From Chiloscyllium plagiosum (Eukaryota): a stretch of 64,000 bases of DNA. The stretch is from assembly GCF_004010195.1 (NCBI RefSeq), contig NC_057758.1, positions 4,064,962-4,128,961 of the forward strand. The letters run 5' to 3'. Below, one piece after another: positions 1 to 13,418 of this stretch (position 1 is its first letter; every line of letters begins with the position of its first letter). A program made the translations under genes and the position numbers. The notes under the pieces were generated by a model. That model searched no databases and had not been told where the DNA came from. It worked only from the letters and a program-made list of their open reading frames with translations.

Positions 1-19
1 TATAAAGACACAAATTGTG

Positions 20-1230
20 CTCTGGGTGGCTATTTCAATTTCCACCACCAAGGGTGTCACGGTAGCATTACGACTGATCGAGCGAGTCTGGTACAAATGA
101 ACATATGGTAGATGGCAACTGAACCAATCATGGGAAGAAAAGACGTTATCTTATCCTTACCAATCTAACAGGTGCAGATGCATCTGTCCATGGCAGTATC
201 GGTAAGAGCAGCGTCCCTATAGTCCTTGTGGAGACTGTGCCCTGCCTTCGCTTTGAATATAACCTCTATTGTGCTGTTTGCCACTGTCACCGTACTGTAT
301 GGGAAAGACTAAAGAAAGATCTGGCAATACAAGACTCGGTATCTACGAAGCGCTGGAGGCCAACAACAGCACAACAATTGTCCTCCAGCAGAAGCTGTAA
401 ACTCATGGCCCATCATATCCCCCAGTCAACCATTACCATTAAAGACTGGGTAAGCATCCTGGATCAATGAAGATTTCAGGCGTGCATTTCAGGAGGAGAA
501 GGGGGCACACCTGAAGGTGAGGTGTCAACCTTATGAAACCAACAAATAAGACGACGTGCACGTCAAGCAAAATAAGCAACTATTGATAGACATAGCCAAA
601 CGATCCCACCACTAATGGATAAGGTTGAAACTCTGCAGTCCTCCATATCCAGTGGTAAGAAATTAAGCTTCTTACTGGAGAAGGAAGCTCTACCGATATC
701 CCCGTCCTCAATAATGGAATAGTTCAGTTCATCAGTGCAAAAGGTAAGGATGAATCTTTCACAGCAAACGTTACCCAGAAGTGCAGAGTGGATGATTCAT
801 CTACGGCTCCTCCGGTGGTCGTCATCATTATACAAAATAAAATCTTCCGTCAATCATATTCATTCCACGTGATTTCAAAAATATTTGCAGGTACTGGATG
901 CTGCAAAGTCTATGGACCCGGGTAAAATTACGGCAATAATACTGAAGGTTTGTGCTCCTGAATGTCCAGCGTTCCTCGCCAAGCTGTTCCAGTGCATTAT
1001 AATACAGGCATCCATTTGTCAATGTGGACTCTCTGCCCTGGACATAAAAGCAGGACAAACCCATTACGGCCAAAAACAGCACGACGCTTTTCCTCTGCTT
1101 TTGATCACTTCCAGCACTTTTTGTAGCAAGTTCGAGTATATGCCATCTGGCCGGGGACTTATCTGTCAACATGCTTTTCAAAGTTTCAAGCTCATCCTCC
1201 ATAACATCAAACTCTTCAAGCATATCAGCC
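20..1230 (+). mobile_element. Decayed CR1/L2-group LINE ORF2 fragment
   Basis: LDAAKSMDPGKITAIILKVCAPECPAFLAKLFQ resembles the pre-RT motif KAxGPDxIP...LKxCAPELA.PLAKLFQ. Confidence 0.7.
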
Positions 1231-1239
1231 TGTTTCTCG

Positions 1240-2870
1240 CTGTCCTTACACGCAACGAGTGCCTCTCAGTAGTGAATACTGAAGCAAAGAATTCATTAAA
1301 AATCTCTCCTACTCCTCCAACTCCAGGCACAAGTTCCATTAGTTATCCCTGATCGGCCATACAACCACTCTGGATATCCTTTTGTTCCTCACATAAGTGT
1401 AGAGCACCTTAGGTCTTTCCTTAATTCTACCCATCTATTTTGTTTCATGAAACATTTCCTGAGTCTATTCTTCAGTTCTTTCCTCGATAGCTTTTGACCT
1501 TCTAGAGCTTGCTGAACCTTAAGCAAGCTTCCATCTTCCTCTTTACTACATGTTCCATATCTCTTGTCATCAATGGTGTCTTCATCCCACCATCCTTTCC
1601 TTCTCTCAGTGGGACAACCAATTTAGCACTCGCAGCAAGTGCTCTCTAAACAAATTCCATCTCTGAGTGCACCCGTTCGGGGAGTTGTGATGCTTATCAC
1701 TGAAATCCTCCCCTATCAATCGATCTGACACATGATCTGGTTCTTTGCCATGCACCAAATCCCATACTGCCTCCCCTCTAGTCTATTTATCTACACACTG
1801 TGCCAGGAATGTTTCCTGGACAGACTTGACCAAATTTGTTCATTCCAATCTATTTGCAGTAACAAAGATACAATCAATATTAGAGAAGTTGAAGTCACTC
1901 ATAACAACAACTGTGTTACTTCTACGTCATTAAAAATTCTGCCTTGCAATCTGCTCCTCCGTGTCTCTGTTATTATTGGAAGGTTTACAGAAAGCTTCCA
2001 ATAAAGTGACTGTGACTTTCTTGTTTTTGAATTCCACCCATACTGACTCAATGGACAAAACGTGATCAACAAACAGGAAGGCTACTTTCTGCAGCTGTGA
2101 TATTCTCCATGATCAGCAATGCCATTCCCCCATCTCATTTACCCCCTCTATGTTCCTTTTGATAAATCAACCCGGAACATTGAAAAATCATTACCACCAA
2201 TGATATCTCAGTCTAAGTAAAGGCCACAAAACCGTAGGTTCAAGTAATAATCCGTGCTTTAATTTCATCACATTCGTTCTGACTCGACTCGTGTTACAAT
2301 AGACACTACAATCCATCACACTGACTGTAACATTGCCCTAACAATTGTCTATACTTCTGCACAGACTCTCCGCACTCTGTTCTGCAGTATCCAGAGTTAC
2401 CCCATCATCTAATCCGTTGATCCGTTTCACAACCCCGGCAAACGAATTTAAACCCTTCCGAAGAGCTCTTGCAAATCTCCTGTCAAGGATATTGGTGCCC
2501 TTCCAGTTCAGATGCAACCGCACCTCCTTTTACAAGTGTACACTTCCCCAGATGATCTCACAATGATTCATTATTCCAAAACTCTCCCTCTCACATCAGC
2601 TTTGCAGCCACGTGTTCAGCCGCACTTGTGTTCTGTTCCTAACCTCCCTAGCCCATAGCACTGATAGCAAACCTGAGTTTAGAACACTACTCGTCCTACC
2701 TTTACGCTTCCAACCTAACACTCTATGTTGACTTTCCTGATCCTCATCACTTTCTTTGAACTAGACTTGGGCGCAATTCTCGCAGGTGAAGTCAGCAGGG
2801 ACAACCGTGGTGACCCTTACCTCACATATTATGCAACAAGAGCAAACAACTGCACTCAGCCACATCTCCT
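1240..2870 (-). mobile_element. Decayed CR1 LINE fragment (ORF1 esterase to endonuclease)
   Basis: LHLNWKGTNILDRRFARALRKGLN is the ORF1 C-terminus. VVVMSDFNFSNIDC is an APE-like motif near 1870-1915. Confidence 0.75.
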
Positions 2871-3139
2871 CTGCTCTAAGTTGCGAAAAGAGATGAATAA
2901 AATGCTACCTTATCTCAACAAAATTCCTCATTGCATCTTCATTTGTTAATTAGGAGAGGGCGACGTGTGGTCGACATCAAACATGCAAGAGTGTGGATTT
3001 AAGTGCTGCCCGAATATATTAATTCACTTTCCCAGCAGTCGCCATGTTCGCTTCCACACCTCTTCATCCTTTGCTCCTACAATTCACGAGGTAATTATTT
3101 TACATTCAATCTTACTTTCCTGATTGCTTGGCTGGTGCA

Positions 3140-3420
3140 TTCTCGATTCCTGCTCCTGAAACATTCTGAACTAATCTATTCCCCTTTGCCAGGACATAAA
3201 CCCTATCGCTCTAAACGCTTTCTATTCATATATTCATCCAAGTATGTTTCAAATGTTATAATCGGAACAGTTTCATCCAGTTCTTCCGGCAGCTGATTCC
3301 ATGCACGCACCATATTTTTGTGTGAAACATCTTCCCGTCCGTCCCTTTTAAATCTTTCCACTCTCATGCCAAACTTTTGCCCTCGAGGACTGGACGCCAC
3401 AACTCAGCGGAAAGGCCTTG
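3140..3420 (-). mobile_element. CR1 LINE 3' end
   Basis: VRAWNQLPEELDETVPIITFETYLDEYMN is a typical CR1 ORF2 C-terminus. Confidence 0.75.
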
Positions 3421-3423
3421 CCT

Positions 3424-3660
3424 CCTTCTCCTGTGTCTGCGTGGGTGTCCTCAAGGTGCTCTGCTTTCCTCTCACATTCTAAGGAGGTGCAGGTTAGGTC
3501 AATTGTCCATGGTAAATTGCCCATAGTTTTCAGGGATGTGCAGATTAGTTAGAGTAGTCAGGGATAGTTACAGGATAATAGGGTTGTGGAATGGGTTTGA
3601 CTGGGTCATGCTTCAGAGGGTCGGTGGGGACTTCTTGGGCTGATGTTTCTTTTCTGTTGG
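3424..3660 (+). mobile_element. HE1/V-SINE-like element fragment
   Basis: ttctcctgtgtctgcgtgggtgtcctcaaggtgctctgctttcctc...gtgcaggttaggtcaattgtccatggtaaattgccc matches the V-SINE core pattern. Confidence 0.75.
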
Positions 3661-4217
3661 GATTCAATTACTCCATGATCCTATGCCCATAATGAATGTT
3701 CAAACCTTTGTAAGTTGACAACTCAACATCTGTCTCTTCAGGAAAACATATCGCAGCCTATTCAGCCTCTCTCTACAGCATAAACGCTCTAACCCTTGGA
3801 AATGAAAAATGTCACGTGTTCCCGCATTCTGCACCAGTTGCCATTTCTCTACCCCCACCTCCGCACCATTTACTGATCTGCCAATTTCTCTGTCCAACCT
3901 TGTATCCCTACGTCGCCTGCACGTTTGGCGATAGAACGTTCAGGTCCTTCCAACAACTCAGCAATAAAGCACAATTCGACATCTACAAGTTATCCTGTAT
4001 CCTGGACAGTGGTGACAGTGGTATATTCATCGTGAATCAACAGTTTTCTCACTTCCTGTTTTGCTGCAAGCCATGGTTATGGCAAAAGTTATATGGGCCT
4101 TTATTGGAGGAGGGCTGGAATTCAGGCGGAGTGATTACTCATGAACGTTTTGCAAGGAAGACCACACCTGGAGAATGATCTGTACTCTCAAATACGAACT
4201 CATCACCACAGGCTCAC

Positions 4218-4386
4218 AGGAGAAAGTGAGGACTGCAGATGCTGGAGATCAGAGCTGCAAATGTGTTGCTGGAAAAGCGCAGGAGGTCAGGCAGCATCCA
4301 AGGAACAGGAGAATCAACGTTTCGAGCATGAGACATTCTTCAGGAATCACATTCCTGAAGAAGGGCTCATGCCTGAAACGTCGATC
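4218..4386. mobile_element. Truncated copy of the palindromic hammerhead-bearing mini-element
   Basis: ggagaaagtgaggactgcagatgctggagatcagagc...ttcttcaggaat followed by CCTGAAGAAGGGCTCATGCCTGAAACGTCGA (plus-strand hammerhead motif, about 4354-4384). Confidence 0.8.
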
Positions 4387-5999
4387 ACGTAGACAAACCT
4401 TTCAGACGCAGATCCCAAAGTACCAGAGAACAGACACATATAAATATCAGGCAGGAAAAAAGCATGACGACGTGACGAAACGTCAACAGAGAAACACATA
4501 AACAAATAAATTAATGATCTCAGAATTTTGAAGGTTTCGGGGTGACATAACGGAAGACTTATCGGTAGTAACAGGGAGAGATACGATCGATAAACTGAAA
4601 GTATTTCCTTAGATTGAAACTGAAGTCAATGATGAGCTGTGACAAAATCTCGGAATTCTCTCGTCAGGAACATTATCGGTTTACGTGCAGCATGTGAATT
4701 ACTTCTGTTCAAGAAGGTGGTTCGCCACTAACTTCTGAAGGGCAACTAGGGACAAGAAAAAGCTATTGGTTTCAGCCAGTGACGTCCACATCAAATTCTA
4801 AGAATGAAGGCCATTTTAACAATTAAGGAATTCAGGACAGATGATAGAAAGAACTTCTATACACAAATAATATTTTAGGTTCAAACTCCCTTACTCAAAT
4901 GGCATTCAATTGTTGCATTTAAATTGGACAGACTTATTCTTGTTTTGGCAGGACATCGATTATGTGGGTCCAAACCAAGCATGTAGAGAAAACCCACAGA
5001 TGAGCCATGTCTTTATAAAGGAACTGAGCAGGCTCGAGGGGTTGAATAGCCTCCTCTGTTCAAATGAAGATTTGATTGTGTTCTTCATTCATTCAATCTT
5101 TACTAGGGCCAGTATCTATGTTCAGTTTCTGATGTAAATTTCTGCCAAACACATCTAATCTTTGATTCCAGTTGTCTACCTCAGTTATGATTCCACATCT
5201 TAATAGATATCAAAGTGGAGAAGACAGCGCTGTTTTCAATGGTTAATACAACCAGCATAATCCGTGAGCATATTAAAAGAGGGTCTGTGTTCTCATATTT
5301 TTGTTCCCCCTTATAAAAGCAGAGTGGCGATGTGGGAGATGCTGCTGAGAGTTCTGATATTAATGAAAGCCGCTACAGTTAATACGTTCATCTGTTCGTG
5401 TTACCTACAGAGATTTGTACATCTCCCCATTGGCAAACAGCGGAAGGATCGTTTGGAGCATTAGTCACTCTCGTCGTTAAGTGTCCGCTGGTGTGCAGGT
5501 GTGTGCTTCTGCCATCCGCCCAACTGAACATTTTTTATGTAATGTGGTTAGATATCGTTCGTTGGGAGAATCGGATAAACGGGTTTTGGATGAGAAAGTG
5601 GGAACAGAAGATTCAGCCATGGTTATGTTGAAATCTGAAATAGTCTAGAAGATTTAATTGACCGTGTCTTGCCAGAGGTTTCTTTGCTTTGAAATTTCTG
5701 GTGACTGGTATGGGGTATGGGGCGAGGTGACTGGACTCCATCAACCGTGAAAATATTGTTTCAAACTCAAGTCAGTGAAATGTCTGTCCTCGTTTTGCAA
5801 TGACTGGCAATGTGAGTAGGTTACGTCCTTTAGTCAGGGGTAAATGTTGACTAATTGACTTGGAGAATATGCCTGCGTGGGTTAGGCTTCATGTAGACTT
5901 TACGGACTGTAGGGCCTGGTTGCACAGTGCAGGGATTCTATGATGTTAATTATTCCTCACGTCACTCTGAGACACACGCAGAGCTTCCATCAAAAGCCT

Positions 6000-6790
6000 T
6001 CATCTCCGCTTACTTCCCATTCATGAATTTGTCTGGAAACATCTTAACTAAAGTTTTCGTGCCCACGTCTGCCACCTCCACTCGCTGGGTAAACAACTTC
6101 CACATATATTTCCCTTACACAGTTCCCTATCACCTTTAATCATGACATCTCTGAATAAGGCCCCCACTCTGAGAAAATCCTTCTTGCTATCCACTCTCTG
6201 TATATCACTCATGATTGCATATGCCTCGATCAGGTACCGCCTAAAACTTTGTTTTCTTACTGAAACTAATCCTAATATACTATGCCGCCGTTCATAGCTA
6301 GCTCCCTATATACCAGACAATATCTTGGCGAACCTTCTCTCTATCCACTCCAAAGCAGCCATATCATTTTGGAAATGAAGCGATCAGAACAGTACGCAGT
6401 TTTGCAAATGTAGCCGACGCAAAGTCCTATTCAACTGTAACAGGACCTGGTAATGCTTGTGCTGAATATCTCGTCCAGTGAAGGAAACTATGTTGTATGC
6501 CTGTTTGGCCACTCTATCAAGCTGTGTTGCCACCTTCAGAATAAAATGGACCTGAACACCCATCTCTCTGTTAAAGAATTTCCCACATGGCTTTTCTTTT
6601 CTTTTAAAGTACAGTTCACTCCAGAACTAGACATTCCACAATATAGCATCTCACATTTATCCAGTGAATTCCATTTGCCATTACTCCTCCCGAACCTCCG
6701 ATGAATCCATGTTCTAATGCAATCTCTGGCAGTTCCCTTCATTATCTACTGTTCCACTAGTTTTAGTTTCATCTGGGAACTTACTAATCA
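6000..6790 (-). mobile_element. Decayed CR1 LINE 3' fragment
   Basis: DKCEMLYCGMSSSGVNCTLK is a CR1 post-RT motif, followed by a 3' tail. Confidence 0.65.
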
Positions 6791-7076
6791 AATACCCTAT
6801 ACCTTCCTCAATATCATTTAAAATTTTTATAGACGTTATTATTATTGTTTACAATTCAGCGCGTGGAAATTCCATCTGAGTTAACAGTTATTGGAAGCCT
6901 CCCGAGATCTGATTGTATCACTGGTGCATTCGCTGTTTCTCTTAATAAGGACCAACTTTCATAGTTTCAGGGAGAACGGTGTGTCAGATTGTAAGTTGAT
7001 AGTATCCTGCATCTTACGACAGGGAATGGATCAGAAGTTGGGATAATCACTTCACAGTGTTCCAACATTGGAAAAA

Positions 7077-7206
7077 ATGTTTTCCTATGAGATTAATTAT
7101 ATTTATGACAATCATAAATTGATGAATGTGGTATCTTGGATCTATTGGTCGGTTCGGATTATAGAACATTTTTACTATCCTATTCTGGCTATTGTTGGCG
7201 TCCCAG
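7077..7206 (+). CDS. Exon 1 of a GPR139/GPR142-like orphan GPCR (N-terminus and start of TM1)
   Basis: ATG at 7077 reads MFSYEINYIYDNHKLMNVVSWIYWSVRIIEHFYYPILAIVGVP+G and ends at a CCAG|GTGAGT donor (GT at 7207). YYPILAIVGVP is the typical TM1 start of this family. Phase 1 matches the acceptor at 12519/12520. Confidence 0.85.
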
Positions 7207-9289
7207 GTGAGTGTCTCTAGTCAGCATTTGATTCTAGAAAGCAAGCTCCACCGCAAGAATGTATTTGTCATTTACTGCAATCTACTACTGGGGTTAAAGT
7301 TCATGGGAAGCATCTGTGTCAAGCCGTGAAATGTAGTTGCACAGATAACCGTGTTACTATTCTTCAAATGTACAGTCTCACACATTCTTAAAACAGGATA
7401 GCTAATATACTAAATTCAACACTCTGTACCTCGATACGTGATATATTAAATTTAAAATGTTCAACGACGCTCAGGATTTCCCAACTGTTTCAAAACAGGG
7501 TGTTGAATAATTGAATTTGGGCACTAAATTTATAACTTACACCAACATTCCAATTTATTATTAATGCCTGACCTTTTGCAGGGCAATGGTAAAGAGCGTG
7601 ATAATCTAATTCACGATAATTAATTAATCACCATTAATTGCAAAATCCCTTCATCGAGATATCCTCTCATGCACAGACAGACAGCTAGCATGGAGTGAAG
7701 ATTTGCAAAGCAAACTAAAGAATTGTAATCCGCAAGTTCGATTCATCAGGTTCAAATGATGAATGCCAAGTCTTCTTTGTAGAATAGATTATTCAGAAAA
7801 AATCAAAGCTGCATCCATAATTTGTAAGTCTCCGGTGAATGCAAACTTTTTCAGGATAATTCGCGAATATTTTCCTCTTTCTTTTGTTAGTGGATGCCAC
7901 TTTGTCGAACTGGACAGAAACCTAGACAGACTAGAACCAAATTCAGCCAGTCCCAATCATTCCAAAAATCACTTCGATCCTGCAAAAAACAGCCAGAAGC
8001 CCTTTTCTCTTTTTATTTTAATCAATATTATCTGTATTAGCAGGTTAGCATTTATCCTCAATTGATCAGCAAAATCAGCATGTAACTAACTAACGAAGCA
8101 TGGCATAGAAAAACCGGATGTTCTATCATTCGTAGCATTCCCAAGATCTGTTAACAGTTTCCATTATCTTCCAGGTTCGTTCTCAAATATACAAATTCCT
8201 GCATCTTCTATTCGTTTTTTCTAATCACAGATTTAAAAATGTTCAAAGTTCACTTCTCACCTCACGCTTAGATCCCTCAAAAATATAGAAAATTAGAGAG
8301 GGTCTCTCCAATATTCCCTGCTCCTTCTGCTCTGAAAAATCTCAATCACTTCATATTCGATCTGAAAGCATGTGTCTGTTTGCCGCTCCAATACTTACTC
8401 AAATATTTGGAAAAAAAACGAGGCCACTTTCTTCAAACATCAGCATGCACCCTGCTCATTACCCACTGACAACATCGTTCTGAACAGGATTGTACACGAT
8501 CACATTAAAGGTGCAAGTCAAGACTACGAATTCTACCAACTCTGCCTCCAGCCATCTCTATTATTGTCTCGATCTCAAATCCTCTGCAACTCATTGCACC
8601 GTCAAATCTCATCGTTTACTTTGTTTAATCCACCCTCTGTTTGTCTATTCTTTTTCAAGGCAGAGTGCAAATATATAAGCTTACTTCAAAACTCAAAATG
8701 GTCAGTCACTCTTTAACACACATCAAGTTCTCTCCCCCATGACTCCCGTGCTCATACCGTGCTCATGAGGTCTTGAATTTAAAATTCTCGTTATTTCTTT
8801 CAACTCCCTCAATTATCGTAAAATCCACACAATCTCGGGTCCTTCACTTTTGACAAATTGCTGTTAGTTACCCATTTTCAAAACGATATAACTGTTCTTC
8901 CATCTCCCTCCTGATTCTCTTCCAGTGGCTCTCCATCTGCATTCATTGTGCCATTAGTGTCTGATCCTCTCTCATGTACCGTTTCCTCATTGTTCACAGA
9001 CGCAGGTCAGATGATGGTACTCATGTCTGCCATTCAGCTCATTAAGTAAAAGAAGGATATATTGAAATTTTCAACCGTACATTTCCATTCCCCATTGATT
9101 GGCCAAAGAAAGTCCTTAATTTCTACATTTTCATATCAAGGATTGAACATTGGTCGGGATTATCTCAATGACAATTTTAGGGAGGAAGCTCCAGAACCGG
9201 ACAACTCTCAGTTTGATACCATGTCGCATTTTCACCTTGCATCTCTGTTCATTATGCGAAACGCGCTTCCTCTCTGCATCCAACCTTTC

Positions 9290-9745
9290 ATTAACCAGCA
9301 TCAATATCATTCGATCTGAAAATATCTCCTCAAGGTCCTTAACTCCTAGGCGAGGTTTCCTCATAAAATTGGTTGGGTAGGGTGGTTTTGTCATAGATCG
9401 CATATAGATGAATGAGTGTCGACTTTATTGAATGCTCCAAGATTATGAGCTTAAATGACAGGCTAAATGTGGAGAGTTTGTGGGAGAGTCTGGGACCGGA
9501 GGGCATAGTCTCACTTGAAGGTGTAGAATGAGTCTGTAGAAATCTTCACTGCGGTGGACAGCTGGGATTGAGACATCAATTATATTCCAGGCTGGATAGA
9601 CAGACTTTTAATCAGGATAGGAGTCAGAAGTTATGGGAATAGGCAAGAAAGTGATTTTGAGGATGTTTCGATCAACCACAATCTCACTGAATCTTGGAAC
9701 AGTCTCGGTAGACAAAGTGGTCACATTCTGCTTCTACTTCCTATG
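9290..9745 (+). mobile_element. Decayed CR1 LINE 3' fragment (in the GPCR intron)
   Basis: gactttattgaatgctccaagattatgag...gggagagtctgggaccggagggcatagtctc matches the CR1 3' pattern. Confidence 0.55.
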
Positions 9746-10754
9746 GTTCGATGAAGACGGTTTGATCAAAGTGAAGGAGACTAATACATTTTGGCCACAA
9801 TACGCCCTTCATACAGATCCTGTTCTCATCAACACGAGCTGAGGTATTAGAAGCTAAATAGTCACTGTCATGACTTTCCTCCACCGATTCTCCTGACTTT
9901 TCCATTAACTTCTGCTTGCTGCAGGAATTGTCGTGTAATACCTAGCTACCCGATCTAACCAGAATTCTCGTTGAAATAAAAAAAACACATTTTATCGAAG
10001 ACTTTTGCCTTACCTCCTCAGGACATTGCGCACGAACATAATCTGAAGTGGGAATATCACGTTTATCCTGCATGAGAGAAGATAAGGGATTAGTTAGCTC
10101 ATGGTCACTGACTCGTCTTGGTGCACCTGTCGAAGAAAAAATCTATTGATGTGGAATGACAGTTAACTGTCAAGTCTGGTTATGTTTAAACAAGGAGTTA
10201 TGAAGCTCATTTGTCAGTACTTTCCCGGGGCAATGCAACCATCGATGCAGATTGTAAATTAAAAATCAGGCTTATTGTTCTTAAACTGGGTAATGCGAAT
10301 CTGACACGTCAGGGCATTCTGTTGACAATAAATTCATTGATGCACATTGTCAGTTAGTTTCCAGGCTTTTTTCCAAAAATTAAATCAATCTGTGTGAATC
10401 TGTTGTGCAGGGGCATTCGGTAAGGAAATACACCCATTGATGCTGGCGCACAATCAACTGCAAGGATTGGTGAAATTGAAACCGAACAACAGTAACTTGG
10501 TTGGTCTGACATATAGACCATGGATTGGCCATCGCTGATTTTGTTGATATGGATTAGGAGCCTGAAAATAGGAACTATTCTGGTCAATTCTCCCACAGGC
10601 GCGGAGGCGAGTTAAATACATTATTAATCACATTTCGATTCTCCACATGTGATATTCCTTCTGAATACCGAGTTGTTTTTAACGATATTTCCCATGTCAG
10701 CACCTGTTCCTCAGAGTCATCGGAGTTACTTCACGAAAATGTTTATGCAACAGC

Positions 10755-10756
<2 letters not shown>

Positions 10757-10793
<37 letters not shown>
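10757..10793. repeat. (CT)n microsatellite
   Basis: About 18 perfect CT units. Confidence 0.95.
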
Positions 10794-10798
<5 letters not shown>

Positions 10799-11419
10799 CC
10801 GTAAAAATAGCCGTCAGGGAATGGTGTGGTAAATGTAGAAATGGCACCCAAACTTAATCAAACTACGAGGAAATATGATTTATGTTTCCTCAATCCAATC
10901 CTCAACGATTTGTGTCTCTTCAGAGAGGGTGCATTGTGAACACAGTACGTTAGAATTTCGACATTTAAGAATATCTACATCGATTGTGACAAATGGTTAT
11001 AGGTATACACTGATTATTTTAAGCATTGCTTTCGTTCTTAGTTCGTAAGTGGTTCACTAAACTCTAGAGTCCTGAGAGTGCATAAACAGGTCAGTCAACC
11101 AACTCTCTGCAGAGCAACCCACCCACCCAATCTATCCTCGCATTTATCATATTTTCTTACGTTAAGCGATCTAACCTGCAGATTTCTTGACAGTGGGAGG
11201 AAACCAGTACATTCAGTTGAAACCCTATGACATAGTGGTATTGTACAAAGAATTTATTAGATAGTTGTTTGTGAAAGCATGGATTTATCGTGGATTTAAG
11301 CATTATTTTAAGTCACCTTTATTCCATCCACGCCTTTTATTGAGAATCTGATGTCCCTGCTGGGTTTTGGTCACAAAGACACAAAACGGTTAAGTTAGAG
11401 GAGATCGTTAATCTATTAG

Positions 11420-11960
11420 TGTTAAGTGTTCGGAAAACATTTACAATGATTTTGGCTAGTTTGGACGAATGGAGCTATTGGGAGCGGCTGGGAGTTTTCT
11501 CCCTGCATCATTGCAGGCTGAGGAGGACGGTATCGAGCTGTACAAGAACATAAGAGTCATTGATAATGGGAACAGACAATGTCCTTTTCCAAGTTATTGC
11601 GAGGGCAAACTTATGAGATTCCAGGTGATGTGGAACAGCCAAGTTCTTTTTCCAAGTGATGGAAGTTGTAAAAGAGAGCGCATCGGTTTAAAGTGAGAGA
11701 GGAAATATTTAAAAGGAACATAAGGGTCATTTTTGTCACGCATGCTGTGGTGCATGTCCAGAATAAACTTCCAGATGAAGTATTAGAGACTGGTACAACT
11801 GCAGTATTTAAAATGCATGTGCATGTGCACGTAAATGCAAAGGATTTAGAGGGATAGTGTTCAAATGCTGGCAAATGGGACTACATTCAATTGCGTTATC
11901 TCTTGACACAGCCAAATTGGACTGATGGATATGATTATGAGATGCACGCATCTATGACTC
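11420..11960 (+). mobile_element. Decayed CR1 LINE 3' end (in the GPCR intron)
   Basis: gggcatcggtttaaagtgagagaggaaatatttaaaagg-like, gaataaacttccagatgaagtattagagactggtacaact, and an atgactcta tail. Confidence 0.7.
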
Positions 11961-12519
11961 TAATGGCTCTAAATGTGATCGCTTTCTGATTCCGATATCT
12001 GTTTTTCATTCCGCAAAAAGAAACACTTCATTTCATGGACAGGTGGTCATATTGTGTTTAGCCAAGAAATTACAATTTATGCACACTTCTCTAAACTGTG
12101 CTGTTGAGTCCTGACATTTCAGGGTCTCACAGGAAAGCAGGTATTTCACTTACCCTCACCTTCACTTTGCAAAGCAGAATTTGAACGCCTGATTGTGAAT
12201 TAATTGCAGACCCCAAAAGACGTCAAAGTTCAGAATCTCAAACAGTGACGAGAATACTGCATGACCGGATGCACTTTTATCAACTCTTATTGAAACTGCA
12301 ATCATCAGGAGTAAGAATGTGTACGAATTGGAAGACAACTACCATCTATCTCCTGGGAGAAGTTATGAATCTATATTGATTTCAGAACAGGAAACCAATG
12401 TCTGCTAGGCATTATACTATCTGCTGGGCCAATATTTCTGCTCCTTGCAATATAAGGTAAATGATCATCTTTACATTCAAATTTCCGTGAGATTAATCAC
12501 GTGCCTCTCATCCTCACAG

Positions 12520-13418
12520 CTTACATAATGGCTTTCATCATCCTTTTTCGTAGAATATGCGGTCTCTCTGGATCTGTCAGTCGTTACCTGGATGCAATGG
12601 CAGTGGCAGGTGTACGAGTCATTGTCCTCGATGTGATATTGAGACTTATGCCAATTGTTTATAGGGAGCATTTTTATTTCCTCTATTGCCTCCCCGTGTG
12701 TAATATCCACGCCATCCTGCTTTATGCAGCTACTGACTATTCTGTCTGTTTCACCGTCACTTTCACCTTTGATCGATTTGTGGCCATTTGTTGCCAGAAA
12801 CTGAATCGTAAATATTGCAGTGAGAAAACAGCCTCTTTGGTTTTGGGAATAGTGACTGCACTGAGCTGCTTAAAGAACATTGTCTGGTACTTCATGTATG
12901 AAAGCACGTATACTCTTCAGAGGGCTCGCTGGTTTTGTTATATGGAAGCTACCACTGCCACGACATTGCTCTGGAAAATAATCGATTTTCTGCATTACAT
13001 TCTGACCCCATGTGTCCCATTTGTCTTGATTCTGCTTCTGAACGCTTTAACCATCAGACACATTTTAATTGCAAGTGGAGCTCGCAGGCGACTCCAGGCC
13101 TACAGAAGGGAGGAGAGTCACACCGATCAAGAAATAGAGAATCGAAGAAAATCTGTCCTTTTACTATTTGTACTCTCTGCTAATTTTACATTGTTATGGT
13201 CAACTTTAGTTGTATATTCTCTGTGGGAGCGAACGTGTGTATTCAGCGATGTACCATTTTGGATACCTGGCCTTGTGCATGAAATAGGTTTCATGCTGCA
13301 GCTCATGAGTTGCTGCACAAACACTCTTATTTATGTTGTGACAGAGTCTATGTTCCGAAATCAGTTGAAACATATGTTGAAATATCCCTTCACTCTTGTC
13401 ATAAAATATGTTCGATAA
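12520..13418 (+). CDS. Exon 2 of the GPR139/GPR142-like GPCR (TM1 end to TM7 and C-tail); spliced product about 342 aa
   Basis: Acceptor cctctcatcctcacag|CT restores the GCT codon with exon 1. The frame is open and contains CGLS..SRYL.AMA, TVTFTFDRFVAICCQKL..KYC (DRF motif), LTPCVPFVLILLLNALT, ENRRKSVLLLF and GFMLQLMSCCTNTLIY. Stop TAA at 13416-13418. Confidence 0.9.

Noticed and set aside
12501..12519. ORF-track start of the GPCR at GTG 12501
   Set aside because: It lies in the polypyrimidine/acceptor region. The coding start is on exon 1 at about 7.1 kb.
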